This document shows, in pieces, positions 38,871 through 48,940 of a DNA stretch of 64,000 bases. Each line of letters begins with the position of its first letter. Position 1 is the first letter of the stretch. The notes under the pieces are model-generated. The model made no database searches, was not told the DNA's origin, and worked only from the letters and a program-made list of their open reading frames with translations. The stretch is from Chloroflexota bacterium (GTDB lineage: Bacteria > Chloroflexota > Dehalococcoidia > Lucifugimonadales > UBA3495). Position numbers and translations under genes: made by a program. The stretch spans positions 64,001 to 128,000 of the forward strand of contig JAQBVF010000005.1 of NCBI GenBank assembly GCA_027623675.1, given 5' to 3'.

Positions 38871-39503
38871 GTGGCGGAAACCCAGAGCTGCACCGGGCCA
38901 GGCGACTTGGTAACGGCTGTATCGCATCTAAGAGAAGGAGGGGTGGTGGCCATCCCCACTGACACCCTTTACGGACTGGCCGCCGACGTTTTCGACACCG
39001 CCGCCATCGACCGGGTCTTCGCCATCAAGGGCCGCAGCGAAAACATGGCCCTGCCGGTGTTGGTCAACGGCTGGGAGCAGGCCCAAACCATTCTTAAAGA
39101 CGCACCGTCCCAAGCCAGGAGATTGACCGACCGGTTCTGGCCGGGCGGACTGACGTTGGTGGGCCGGAAGGCCAAGGCGGTGCCCGATCGCCTTACTGCG
39201 GGAGGCCCAACCGTGGCGGTCAGGATGCCCGATCATCAGGTCCCCATCGCGCTGATCAACGGACTTGGCAGGCCCATCACCGGAACCAGCGCCAACATCA
39301 GCGGCGGCGCCGACATATCCAGCCTGGACGAATTGATCGCCTTGATGGGCGGCCTGGTGGGCCACATCGTCAGGACCGGCCCGGCTCCCGCCGGGACCGC
39401 GTCAACTATAGTTGACATAACTTCCGGCCGGCCCAAGCTGCTGCGGGAAGGGGCCGTGGCCTTCGAATCGGTGCTGGAAACCTGGGACCAACAGGCTTAT
39501 TAG
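38871..39503 (+). CDS. tsaC: L-threonylcarbamoyladenylate synthase (TsaC/Sua5/YrdC)
   Basis: PTDTLYGL, KGR, FWPGGLT, AVRMP, TSANISG. Confidence 0.93.
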   Translation: MAETQSCTGPGDLVTAVSHLREGGVVAIPTDTLYGLAADVFDTAAIDRVFAIKGRSENMALPVLVNGWEQAQTILKDAPSQARRLTDRFWPGGLTLVGRKAKAVPDRLTAGGPTVAVRMPDHQVPIALINGLGRPITGTSANISGGADISSLDELIALMGGLVGHIVRTGPAPAGTASTIVDITSGRPKLLREGAVAFESVLETWDQQAY

Positions 39504-39513
39504 GAAACAAGAG

Positions 39514-40527
39514 ATGCCGCCTCCAGACAAATACCAGCCATATCAACAGGCCCTGGAACAAGAGCTCAAGGCAGTGTTTGAGTCCAGAGAGGGGTTCCTG
39601 TATGACGTGCTCCGCTATCACCTGGGCTGGGTGGACCAGCAGGGGCAGCCAGCATCGGGCTCGGCGCCGCTGAATCTCCAGTCGGCGTTGGCCTTGGCTT
39701 CGTGCGACTCGTTGGGCGGCGGTTTCGCCAAGGCGCTGCCGGTGGCTGCCAGCGTGGAGTTGGTCTACAACTTCACCCTGGTGCACGGCGACGTACAAGC
39801 CGGCCGGACAGACCCTGGCGACCGTCCCAGCATCTGGTGGGTCTGGGGCCCCGCCCAGGCCATCAACGCCGGTGACGGTCTGCACGCCCTGGGCCGCACC
39901 ACCATGATGCGCCTGGCCCAGAACGGGGTGCCCGCGGACAGGGTCTTGAGGGCGGTTAGGTCATTGGACCAAGCCTGCCTCAGCCTCTGCGAAGGCCAGT
40001 ACATGGACCTGCAATTCCAAGACCAGATGATGGTCACCACCGCCGATTACCTGGATATGATCGGCCGCAAGGCGGGTGCGCTGGCCTCTTGCGCCGCCGA
40101 GGCCGGGGCGCTGGCCGCGGGCGTCGGCGACCAAGCTTGCGCCAGTTTCGCCCAGATGGGCCGGGGCCTGGGCATGGCCTGGCAGATCGCCCGGGACATC
40201 GACGACCTATGGGGGGAGCACGGCGACGGCATGACGCCCAGCAACGTCCTTAATAAGAAGAAGAGTCTGCCGCTGGTGCACACCCTGGAGAACGCCAGCG
40301 TCAGCGTGAAGCGGGAATTGGGCGCCATATATATGAAGCGTGTTCTGGAAGCAGCCGACATCGCCAAGATGGTGGAGGTGCTGGACGGCGCCGGTGCGCG
40401 GCAAGCGTCCCAGGAAAAGGCACAGGAACTGGTTGACCAGGCGATCGCGGGCCTCACAGGGGTCGCGCCAGACGAGATTGATGATTTGGCCGCACTGGGA
40501 CGATGGGCGGCTGCCGGAGGCCGGTGA
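39514..40527 (+). CDS. polyprenyl synthetase family protein with degenerate DDxxD motifs
   Basis: VELVYNFTLVHGDV, AINAGD, EGQYMD, WQIARDIDD, KKKSLP. Confidence 0.85.
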   Translation: MPPPDKYQPYQQALEQELKAVFESREGFLYDVLRYHLGWVDQQGQPASGSAPLNLQSALALASCDSLGGGFAKALPVAASVELVYNFTLVHGDVQAGRTDPGDRPSIWWVWGPAQAINAGDGLHALGRTTMMRLAQNGVPADRVLRAVRSLDQACLSLCEGQYMDLQFQDQMMVTTADYLDMIGRKAGALASCAAEAGALAAGVGDQACASFAQMGRGLGMAWQIARDIDDLWGEHGDGMTPSNVLNKKKSLPLVHTLENASVSVKRELGAIYMKRVLEAADIAKMVEVLDGAGARQASQEKAQELVDQAIAGLTGVAPDEIDDLAALGRWAAAGGR

Positions 40528-41723
40528 TGGCTAAACGGAGACTGGACCAACTGAACGTGGCCGGAAAAAGAGTGCTGGTGCGCGTCGATTTCAACGTGCC
40601 CATCGACCAGGGCATAGAGGGCATATCCCTCTACGACCAGCGCCTGCGGGCCACCCTGCCGACCATCCGCTATCTGATTGAAAAGGATTGCCGCGTGGTG
40701 CTTTGCTCTCACCTGGGCCGCCCCAACGGCGAGGTGGTGGAAGGGCTGCGCTTGGCTCCCGTTGGCGACCGGCTGGCCATACTGCTGGAGCGCCCGGTGA
40801 GAAGCATCCCGGAGGCCACCGGCCCGTCCGTCGCGGCAGCCATTTCCGAGATGTCCGCCGGCGACGTGCTCCTATTGGAGAACCTGCGGTTCCACCCCGG
40901 CGAGGAGAAGAACGACGGGGCTTTCGCCTGTGAGTTGGCCGACTCGGTGGACTGCTTCGTGATGGACGCCTTCGCCGTAGCCCACCGTGCCCACGCCTCC
41001 ACCGTTGGCGTCACCAAGTTTTTGCCCTCGGCCATGGGCCTGCTGGTCCAGAAAGAGGTCGAGTCCATGGGCCGAGCCTTGGAGTCTCCAGAGAAGCCTT
41101 TGGCGGCGCTGATGGGCGGGGCGAAGGTCAGCGACAAGATACTTCTTTTGGACAACCTCCTGGAGAAGCTGGACTACCTGATCATCGGCGGCGGCATGTG
41201 CGTTACCTTCTTGAACGCCATGGGGTACTCCACCGGCGCGTCCAGGATCGAGGAGGACCGCCTGGACTTCGCTCGAGAAATCATGCAGCGGGCCGAAGCC
41301 GCCGGCGTCAAGCTATATCTGCCCGATTACGTGGTCATCGCCAACGAGTTCGCAGCCGATCCGGGTGACGTTGATGTCATGCACGTGGGCGATGTCCCCG
41401 ACGGCTGGTACATCATGGACATCGACCCATCCTCGGCCCAGGAGTTCTCCAAGGCCCTGGGCAAGTGCAAGACCATCATCTGGAACGGCCCGATGGGCGT
41501 GTTCGAGATGCCCAGGTTCAGCGAGGGCACGCGCTCCGTGGCCAATGCCATCGCGGCGCTGAGCGGCGTAACCACCGTGGTGGGCGGCGGCTCGACCGCC
41601 GAGGCGGTGGAGGAACTGGGCCTGATGGACAAGATGACTCACGTCTCCACCGGTGGCGGGGCGTCACTGGAATTCCTGGAAGGCAAAGAACTGCCGGGAA
41701 TCGCTGCGCTGCCGGACGCGTGA
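40527..41723 (+). CDS. pgk: phosphoglycerate kinase
   Basis: RVDFNVP, SHLGRP, LENLRF, GGAKVSDK, WNGPMGVFE, HVSTGGGASLE; ATG overlaps the upstream TGA. Confidence 0.97.
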   Translation: MAKRRLDQLNVAGKRVLVRVDFNVPIDQGIEGISLYDQRLRATLPTIRYLIEKDCRVVLCSHLGRPNGEVVEGLRLAPVGDRLAILLERPVRSIPEATGPSVAAAISEMSAGDVLLLENLRFHPGEEKNDGAFACELADSVDCFVMDAFAVAHRAHASTVGVTKFLPSAMGLLVQKEVESMGRALESPEKPLAALMGGAKVSDKILLLDNLLEKLDYLIIGGGMCVTFLNAMGYSTGASRIEEDRLDFAREIMQRAEAAGVKLYLPDYVVIANEFAADPGDVDVMHVGDVPDGWYIMDIDPSSAQEFSKALGKCKTIIWNGPMGVFEMPRFSEGTRSVANAIAALSGVTTVVGGGSTAEAVEELGLMDKMTHVSTGGGASLEFLEGKELPGIAALPDA

Positions 41724-41896
41724 ACCCGGTCCGGTCATAAATCGAACTGCCGGGAATCGCTGCGCTGCCGGACGCATGAACCCGGTCGGTCCATAAATCG
41801 AACTGCCGGGAATCGCTGCGCTGCCGGACGCATGAACCCGGTCGGTCCATAGACGAACTGCCCGGCATTGCGGTCTCGCCGGCCCCGTGAATCCGG
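41688..41896 (+). repeat. 56-bp tandem array of the pgk 3' end (3 near-identical units plus 1 diverged)
   Basis: Units start at 41688, 41744, 41800, 41855 with GAACTGCC; each carries codons for ELPGIA and a TGA. Confidence 0.95.
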
Positions 41897-41934
41897 CGGA
41901 TCGAGTGATAAGCTGTAGGGCGAGGGATTACATC

Positions 41935-43140
41935 ATGATTGACGTTGAAGAACTGAGAGATTGTTACACCAACACGCCGTCCAAGATGGTTCTGCTGGTT
42001 GCCGATGGTTTGGGCGGGCTGGCCCACCCGGACACCGGAAAGTCGGAGCTGGAAACCGCCCACACCCCAAATCTTGACGCCCTAGCCCAGAAAAGCGCCT
42101 GCGGGTTGACCACTCCGGTCCTGCCAGGGGTGGCGCCCGGCAGCGGCCCCGGTCACCTGGCCCTGTTCGGCTACGACCCGCTGAAGCACCAGATCGGGCG
42201 CGGCGCATTGGAGGCACTGGGCATCGAGGTAGACTTGGCCCCAGGTGATGTGGCGGCCAGGGGAAACTTCTGTCTGGTCGACGGCGACGGCCTGCTGGTG
42301 GACCGGCGCGCCGGACGTATCCCCACCGAGTTCAGCGCCCCCATCTGCGAACGGCTGGACCAGATCGAGCTTCCCGGAGTGCAGGTAGATGTCTTCTCGG
42401 TGCAGGACTACCGGTTCGTGCTGCGGCTGCGCGGCGAAGGTCTTTCCGCCGCTGTCACCGAGACCGACCCACAGGTCACCGGCGCCAAGGCCCTGGCGGT
42501 TAGGCCGCTCAAACCCGAAGCGCAGAAGACTGCCGACCTGGTCAACCAGTTCGTGGAGCAGGCAGCGCGGTTGATGTCCGAAGACGAGCGGGCCAACATG
42601 CTGCTGCTGCGGGGATTCGCCCAGATGCCGTCCCTCCCTCCCATGGGCGAAGTGTACCGGCTGAACCCGGCCGCCATCGCCGCTTACCCCATGTACCGGG
42701 GACTGGCCACCGTGGCCGGCATGAACGTCATCCCCACCGGCCATACCTTCGCCGACGAGGTGGACACCCTCCGGAAGAACTGGCACAACCACGATTTCTT
42801 CTTCATCCACTACAAGCCCGCCGACGCAGCCGGGGAAGACGGCGACTTCGACGCCAAAGTGAAGCGCCTGGAGGAACTGGACCCGTTCATCCCCGAGATT
42901 CTCGACCTTGGGCCGGACGTGTTGATGGTGGCCGGAGACCATGCCACTCCCGCCGTGATGGCCGCCCATAGTTGGCATCCGGTGCCCTTCATGCTCCACT
43001 CCAAGCTGACGATGGGTCTGGGGATACCCACCTTCGACGAGAGGGCCTGCGCCCTGGGAGCCATCGGCAGCGTCCCGGCCACCAGCGTCATGCTGCTGGG
43101 CCTCTCACACGCCGGCAAGATGACCAAGTTTGGCCCCTAG
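41935..43140 (+). CDS. apgM: 2,3-bisphosphoglycerate-independent phosphoglycerate mutase, archaeal type
   Basis: ADGLG, ETAHTPNLD, PGSGPGHLALFGYDP, DRRAGRI, GDHATP, HSWHPVP. Confidence 0.92.
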   Translation: MIDVEELRDCYTNTPSKMVLLVADGLGGLAHPDTGKSELETAHTPNLDALAQKSACGLTTPVLPGVAPGSGPGHLALFGYDPLKHQIGRGALEALGIEVDLAPGDVAARGNFCLVDGDGLLVDRRAGRIPTEFSAPICERLDQIELPGVQVDVFSVQDYRFVLRLRGEGLSAAVTETDPQVTGAKALAVRPLKPEAQKTADLVNQFVEQAARLMSEDERANMLLLRGFAQMPSLPPMGEVYRLNPAAIAAYPMYRGLATVAGMNVIPTGHTFADEVDTLRKNWHNHDFFFIHYKPADAAGEDGDFDAKVKRLEELDPFIPEILDLGPDVLMVAGDHATPAVMAAHSWHPVPFMLHSKLTMGLGIPTFDERACALGAIGSVPATSVMLLGLSHAGKMTKFGP

Positions 43141-43195
43141 CCGGCACGCCCGATCACTGTTTGGATCCACCCATCTGTTCGTTGGAGATATGACC

Positions 43196-43954
43196 ATGCC
43201 CGATCTGGTCGTCGCCGGAAACTGGAAGATGAACACCACCTTGGCCGAGGCCACGGCCCTTGCCGCCGGGGTCAGAGACGGCGCAGCTTCAGTTTCCGGG
43301 GTGAAATTGGTGCTCTGCCCGCCATTCATATCGCTGGCCGCGGTGAGTGACGCGGTTAAGGGTTCTGCGGTGAAGGTTGGCGCGCAGAACATGCACTTCC
43401 AGGACTCCGGCGCTTTCACCGGCGAGGTCTCGCCGCTCATGCTCCGGGGCCTGTGCGATTACGTCATAATCGGCCATTCGGAACGCCGTCAGATGTTCGG
43501 CGAGACCGACGGCTCGGTTAACAGCAAGGTCAAGGCGGCGCAGGCCGCCGGACTCAAGCCCATCCTCTGCGTCGGCGAGACATTGGAGCAGCGGGAACAG
43601 GGCCAGGCATCCGACATAATCAGCGGCCAGGTCCGCGCTGGGCTGGATGGAGTGAGCGACTCCGCCGACCTGATCGTCGCCTACGAGCCGATCTGGGCCA
43701 TCGGGACCGGCCAGGCCGCGACCCCTGAGACCGCCGCCGAGATCATGGGCGGGGCAATCTTGGAGACCCTGCGCAGCCTGTTCGCCACCGCCGCCGAAAA
43801 CATCCCCCTGCTCTACGGCGGCAGCATGAACGGCGGCAACGCCGGCGATTTCGCCGCCCAGTCCTGCATCCACGGCGGACTGGTGGGCGGCGCCGCGCTG
43901 CAAGCCGACCAGTTCATCCAGGTGGCCGCCGCGGTAGCCGGGGCCAAGAGCTAG
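43196..43954 (+). CDS. tpiA: triosephosphate isomerase
   Basis: AGNWKM, GAFTGE, IGHSERR, AYEPIWAIGTG, LYGGS, LVGGA. Confidence 0.97.
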   Translation: MPDLVVAGNWKMNTTLAEATALAAGVRDGAASVSGVKLVLCPPFISLAAVSDAVKGSAVKVGAQNMHFQDSGAFTGEVSPLMLRGLCDYVIIGHSERRQMFGETDGSVNSKVKAAQAAGLKPILCVGETLEQREQGQASDIISGQVRAGLDGVSDSADLIVAYEPIWAIGTGQAATPETAAEIMGGAILETLRSLFATAAENIPLLYGGSMNGGNAGDFAAQSCIHGGLVGGAALQADQFIQVAAAVAGAKS

Positions 43955-43988
43955 CCGACGGCCTGGCCTAGCAGCGTAGGTTCATACC

Positions 43989-44921
43989 GTGGCTACCACA
44001 CCGAGACCCCTCATCGCCGTCGTCGGCCCCACTGCCGTGGGCAAGACCCGCTTGGCCATTGAACTGTGCCAACGTTTCGGAGGCGAGGTCATCAACGCCG
44101 ACAGCCGCCAGGTCTACCGGGGCATGGAGATCGGCACCGCAAAGCCCACCCCGGAAGAACGCTTCCAGGCTCCCCACCACCTTCTGGACCTGCTCGACCC
44201 GCCTGAACCGTTTGGCATCGGGATGTTCCTGCCCCTAGCCGCCCAGGCTGCGTTTGATATCGCCGGCAGAGGCAGGCTACCCATCCTAGCCGGCGGGAGC
44301 GGCCAATATATCTGGGCCATGCTGGAGGGTCAGACCGTGCCTTCCGTGCCGCCCGACCTGGAGCTTCGAGCGGAGTTGGAACGAGAGGCCGAGGAATCCG
44401 GGTCCCAGGCGCTGCATGACCGCCTGCGGCGGATAGACCCGGTTCGGGCGGACGCCATCGACCACCGGAACGTTCGCCGGGTGGTGCGCGCCCTGGAGAT
44501 CTACCGCACCACCAACCGGAAGCCGTCGGAGTTTGTTCCCGACACGTCCATCTCCAGTCATCACCTGGTGATCGGACTGACCATGGACCGCCAGGCCCTG
44601 TACCAGCGCATCGACGAACGGGTGGACGCCATGATGGCCGCGGGTTTCCTGGCCGAGGTGGAGCGCTTGGCGCAGGCCGGTTTTCCCATGGGGCGGGGGG
44701 CGCTGGACTGCCCCGGCTACCGGGAGTTGGGTCAGCACTTGGAGGGCAAGTTGCCGCTGGAGGACGCCGTCTCCCGGACCAAGACGCAAACCCATCGTCT
44801 GGTGCGGCGTCAGTACACCTGGTTTAAGGCAGCCGACCCCCGGATCCGGTGGTTGGACGCCTCCGCCCCTGACGCCGCCAGTCAGGCACGGGAACTGGTG
44901 TCAGCGCACCTGTCTTCGTAG
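43989..44921 (+). CDS. miaA: tRNA dimethylallyltransferase
   Basis: GPTAVGKT, DSRQVYRGMEIGTAKP, RRVVRALE, RRQYTWF. Confidence 0.96.
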   Translation: MATTPRPLIAVVGPTAVGKTRLAIELCQRFGGEVINADSRQVYRGMEIGTAKPTPEERFQAPHHLLDLLDPPEPFGIGMFLPLAAQAAFDIAGRGRLPILAGGSGQYIWAMLEGQTVPSVPPDLELRAELEREAEESGSQALHDRLRRIDPVRADAIDHRNVRRVVRALEIYRTTNRKPSEFVPDTSISSHHLVIGLTMDRQALYQRIDERVDAMMAAGFLAEVERLAQAGFPMGRGALDCPGYRELGQHLEGKLPLEDAVSRTKTQTHRLVRRQYTWFKAADPRIRWLDASAPDAASQARELVSAHLSS

Positions 44922-44991
44922 CTGATTTCGGGGTCGATCACACGTGGCCCTGTGTTACAATTGGCCTTCCTGTTCCACTAGGAGTCCAGAC

Positions 44992-45843
44992 ATGAGATTC
45001 ACTAAGATGCACGGCGCCGGCAACGACTATGTTTACGTTGATGCCCGGTCCGAGCAGCGTGACTGGCCGGAGCTCGCCCGCCGGATGAGCGATCGCCATT
45101 TCGGTGTGGGCGGTGACGGCCTCATCTTGATCAAAAACTCGGATGTGGCCGACCTGAAGATGAGCATGTTCAACGCCGACGGATCAGAGGCCGAGATGTG
45201 TGGCAACGGCATCCGCTGTTTCGTGAAGTATTCCATCGACCATGGCATCGTTGCGGCGACGTCCGAGTCGGTGAGCGTCGAGACCCTTGCCGGGATCCGG
45301 CACATCGTGCCCCTGCTTGAAGATGGACAGGTCATCGGCGCCCGGGTTTCCATGGGGCTGCCAATACTTACGCCTGATGATGTACCGGTGAAGCTGGAAT
45401 CTGCTGGGGAATACGGCTCAGGCCCGGTGCTGGGCTACCCTTTCCAGATGGACGGACACGACCTGCCCCTCAGTTTTGTCTCCATGGGCAATCCCCATGC
45501 GGTGACCTTCATCGACACGCCGGTGGCCGATTTTCCGCTGCATGCCGTGGGCCCCAAGGTGGAGAACCACTCGATCTTCCCCCGGCGGGTCAACTTCGAG
45601 ATCGTGAACGTGGACAGTCCCACCCATCTGACGGCCCGCGTTTGGGAACGTGGGTCCGGGGAAACACTGGCCTGCGGCACCGGGGCCTGCGGAATCGCGG
45701 TGGCATCCATACTTGGCGGACATAGCGGCAACTCGGTTGACATAACCCTTCCCGGCGGCACCCTTAAGGTCGACTGGGACGGCGCGGGAGAGGTCTTCTT
45801 AGAAGGCCCGGCACAGGAAGTTTTTAGCGGGGAATGGACATAG
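44992..45843 (+). CDS. dapF: diaminopimelate epimerase
   Basis: KMHGAGNDY, EMCGNGIRC, SMGNPH, ERGSGETLACGTG. Confidence 0.97.
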   Translation: MRFTKMHGAGNDYVYVDARSEQRDWPELARRMSDRHFGVGGDGLILIKNSDVADLKMSMFNADGSEAEMCGNGIRCFVKYSIDHGIVAATSESVSVETLAGIRHIVPLLEDGQVIGARVSMGLPILTPDDVPVKLESAGEYGSGPVLGYPFQMDGHDLPLSFVSMGNPHAVTFIDTPVADFPLHAVGPKVENHSIFPRRVNFEIVNVDSPTHLTARVWERGSGETLACGTGACGIAVASILGGHSGNSVDITLPGGTLKVDWDGAGEVFLEGPAQEVFSGEWT

Positions 45844-45893
45844 ACTGCTCGGGAACAGGGCAACCTGAATCGTGGTAGCCTGAGGTCAAGACC

Positions 45894-46193
45894 ATGAAAC
45901 TCTACAAATTGCCGCTTGTGATTCACCAGCCCAGCGAAGAGACGGAGGACAGACTCATGGCGGAAGTCCCGTCCATTCCGGGATGCCGGGCGTGGGGGGA
46001 TACCCCAACCGAAGTCATGGAGAACCTCCAGAGTGTAGCCGCTGGCTTCATAGACTCTTACTCGGCGAGCGGCGACCCGCTGCCGGCAGGCGTTGAGGCA
46101 ATATCGACAGGGGAATCCAGATCCCAGGAGAGTTCACGGTTGCAGTTTGAACTACCGCGAATTAACCCGGCGATTGTGCCGAATGGGTTGTGA
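45894..46193 (+). CDS. hicB: HicB-family antitoxin (C-terminus possibly frameshifted)
   Basis: AEVPSIPGCRAWGDTPTEVMENL..GDPLP partial RNase H fold motif. Confidence 0.8.
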   Translation: MKLYKLPLVIHQPSEETEDRLMAEVPSIPGCRAWGDTPTEVMENLQSVAAGFIDSYSASGDPLPAGVEAISTGESRSQESSRLQFELPRINPAIVPNGL

Positions 46194-46356
46194 ATTGGAT
46201 AGGATGGCGCGGGGAGACCACGAAATCTGGATCAATACAATGAATCACCAACGGACCTCGATACCTGATTGGAGAGGTCGCGATCTCAAACCAGGCACTA
46301 TAAGTGCGATATTACGCGACCCGGGAATCTCCAGAGGTGACTTCGAACGGCCGTAG
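46147..46356 (+). CDS. hicA: HicA-family toxin
   Basis: TTG start; YRELTRRL..GC..R..RGDHEIW..TSIP..DLKPGTISAILR pattern with conserved His. Confidence 0.85.
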   Translation: MNYRELTRRLCRMGCELDRMARGDHEIWINTMNHQRTSIPDWRGRDLKPGTISAILRDPGISRGDFERP

Positions 46357-46399
46357 GGAAATGCCCGTTATTATTCGCAGGGAGAACTAAAGTCGAATC

Positions 46400-47578
46400 A
46401 TGAAATTTTCGGACCGATTGGGGAAATTGTCCCCTTATCCTTTCGTCGAGATATCGCGGATCATCGCTGAGAAGCGTGCCGCCGGGGCCGACGTGGTCAC
46501 CTTTGGCATCGGCGACCCCGACATTCCCACGCCGCAGCCCATCATCGACCGGCTGCTGACGGCGTCTCAGCACGCGCCCAACCACCGGTATCCGGAGACC
46601 GACGGCCTGCCCGAGATGCGCCGCGCCTTCGCCCAGTGGTACGACACCCGCTTCAACGTGAAGTTGGACCCGGACACCGAGGTACTACCCCTGATCGGCG
46701 CCAAAGAGGGCATCGGCCATGCCGCTTTCGCCTTCATCGACCCCGGCGATATCGCCCTGATCCCCGATCCGGCCTACCCGGTGTACGGGGTGGGCACCAT
46801 GTTCGCGGGCGGCGAGAGCCACATCATGCCGCTGTACGAGAGCAATGGCTGGCTGCCCGAGCTGGACGCGATCCCCGCCGACGTGGCCCGCGCCGCCAAG
46901 TTGATGTGGTTGAATTACCCGAACAACCCCACCAGCGCCGTGGCCAGCGAAGAGGACTACGCATCGGCCATCGCTTTTTGCCGGGAGAACGACATCGCCC
47001 TGCTGCACGACGCCGCCTACAGCGAGGTCGGCTACGACGGCTACAAGCCAATAAGCTACCTTCAAGTGGCGGGTTCCAAGGACGTTGGGCTGGAGTTCCA
47101 TTCCCTGTCCAAGACCTACAACATGACCGGGTGGCGGATCGGCATGGCCGTGGGCAACGCCGACATGATTAAGGCGCTGTTCCAGATCAAGGCCAATCTG
47201 GATTCCGGGGTGCCTCAGGCCGTTCAGGAGATGGCCATGGAGGCCCTGACCGGTCCTCAAGATTGTGTGGCGGATAACCTGGACGCCTACACCCGCCGCC
47301 GCGACCGGGTGATCAAAGCGGTCAAGGCCATGGGCATGAACGTGGCTGTTCCCCAGGCCAGCCTATACATCTGGGCCAGGGTGCCGGAGGGTTACACCTC
47401 CGCTGAGATGGCCCAATCGCTGCTGGAAGAACTGGATGTTGTGGTAACGCCCGGTTCCAGTTATGGTAAATATGGTGAGGGTTACATCCGCCTGTCGCTG
47501 ACCACTCCCGACGAACAGGTAGAGAAGGGCTGTCAGCGGATGGAAGCCTGGAACATTCCCCCGCCAAAAGGCGCATAG
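46400..47578 (+). CDS. dapL: LL-diaminopimelate aminotransferase
   Basis: GIGDPD, IGAKEG, NYPNNPT, HDAAY, HSLSKTYNMTGWRIG; syntenic with dapF. Confidence 0.9.
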   Translation: MKFSDRLGKLSPYPFVEISRIIAEKRAAGADVVTFGIGDPDIPTPQPIIDRLLTASQHAPNHRYPETDGLPEMRRAFAQWYDTRFNVKLDPDTEVLPLIGAKEGIGHAAFAFIDPGDIALIPDPAYPVYGVGTMFAGGESHIMPLYESNGWLPELDAIPADVARAAKLMWLNYPNNPTSAVASEEDYASAIAFCRENDIALLHDAAYSEVGYDGYKPISYLQVAGSKDVGLEFHSLSKTYNMTGWRIGMAVGNADMIKALFQIKANLDSGVPQAVQEMAMEALTGPQDCVADNLDAYTRRRDRVIKAVKAMGMNVAVPQASLYIWARVPEGYTSAEMAQSLLEELDVVVTPGSSYGKYGEGYIRLSLTTPDEQVEKGCQRMEAWNIPPPKGA

Positions 47579-47644
47579 TCAAAAGCCGGATCCCATCGGG
47601 CCGCACCTGATTCTAACCGAAGGATAAGACCCATAAGTAAACGC

Positions 47645-48799
47645 TTGATAGCCACTGAGCCCGAACCCGAAAAGGCGGTGCTTGTCGCACTTGAGATGAA
47701 CCGTCGCGACCACCCATGGTCATTGGACGAGACTCTCGCTGAGTTGGAGTACCTGGCCAACACTGCCGGTGCGGTGGTTGTGGGCGCGGTCACTCAGCGG
47801 GCTAACCGGCTTGGCCCCACCTACGTCGGCTCCGGCAAGGTGGATGAGATCCGGGAGATGGTCGCAGAGTTCGATGCCGATACCGTGATCTTCGATGACG
47901 AACTCAATCCGGCGCAGCAGCGTAACTTGGAGAACGCGTTGGGCTGCAAGGTTATCGACCGCACCGCCCTGATTCTTGACGTTTTCGGCAAGCACGCTTC
48001 GACTTATGAAGGCAAATTACAGGTGGAACTAGCCCAACACGAATACCTCCTGCCTCGCCTGGCCGGACAGTGGTCCCACTTGGAACGTTTGGGCGGCGGG
48101 ATCGGCACCCGAGGTCCGGGCGAGACTCAGATAGAGACCGACCGCCGGCTGGTCCGGAACCGTCTTCAGAAGATCAAGTCGGAGTTGGCCGGCGTGCGCC
48201 GGCGGCGTGCGATCCATATGGAACGCCGCAAGAAATCGAGCATCCCCATGGCGACTCTGGTGGGCTATACCAACGCCGGCAAGAGCACGCTTTTCAACGC
48301 CCTCAGCAACGCCAAGGTGACCGCGGCCGACCAGCTGTTCTCGACCCTCGACCCGGTGACCCGGCGGATCAGGCTGCCGTCCGGCGCGCCCCTGCTGTTG
48401 AGTGACACTGTAGGATTCATCCAGAAGCTGTCCCCCAGCGTGGTGGCGGCCTTCCGGGCCACCCTGGAAGAACTGGACGAGTCGGACATCCTGCTCCATG
48501 TCATCGACGTCACCCATCCCAAGGCCGCGGAACAGACCAGAGTGGTGGAGAAAACCCTGCGAGACCTGGGTCTGCTGGATCGGCCCAGGCTGCTGGTGAT
48601 GAACAAGATGGACCTTGTTTCGGGCGGCTCGCCAGGCGACCGAACCCCCGGCGGGCTTCGGAGCGAAGAGGCGCAAGAGGGCATCTTGGTTTCGGCCGCC
48701 AAGGGCTGGAACCTGGACCACCTGCTTCGGGAGATCGAGGAGTTGCTCATCTCCATCGATGGCCCGCTGACCGTGGTCAGCCCAGGTTCCTTCCGCTAA
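47645..48799 (+). CDS. hflX: GTPase HflX
   Basis: [50 protein letters not shown]. Confidence 0.96.
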   Translation: MIATEPEPEKAVLVALEMNRRDHPWSLDETLAELEYLANTAGAVVVGAVTQRANRLGPTYVGSGKVDEIREMVAEFDADTVIFDDELNPAQQRNLENALGCKVIDRTALILDVFGKHASTYEGKLQVELAQHEYLLPRLAGQWSHLERLGGGIGTRGPGETQIETDRRLVRNRLQKIKSELAGVRRRRAIHMERRKKSSIPMATLVGYTNAGKSTLFNALSNAKVTAADQLFSTLDPVTRRIRLPSGAPLLLSDTVGFIQKLSPSVVAAFRATLEELDESDILLHVIDVTHPKAAEQTRVVEKTLRDLGLLDRPRLLVMNKMDLVSGGSPGDRTPGGLRSEEAQEGILVSAAKGWNLDHLLREIEELLISIDGPLTVVSPGSFR

Positions 48800-48940
48800 C
48801 GGTTGCCGCCACGAACCTAGGCGGACCAACCCTGGCGGCGATTCAACCGCTACCGGCCAACTCCAAGCCACATGACATAATGATTTTCGGTTGTTTTTTC
48901 ACGTGACCGGGCGGCCCCATGACCTGTTTGGTCTGGACCT

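Noticed and set aside
41688..41896. Possible CRISPR array
   Set aside because: Units are contiguous copies with no unique spacers, derive from pgk coding sequence, and no cas genes are present.
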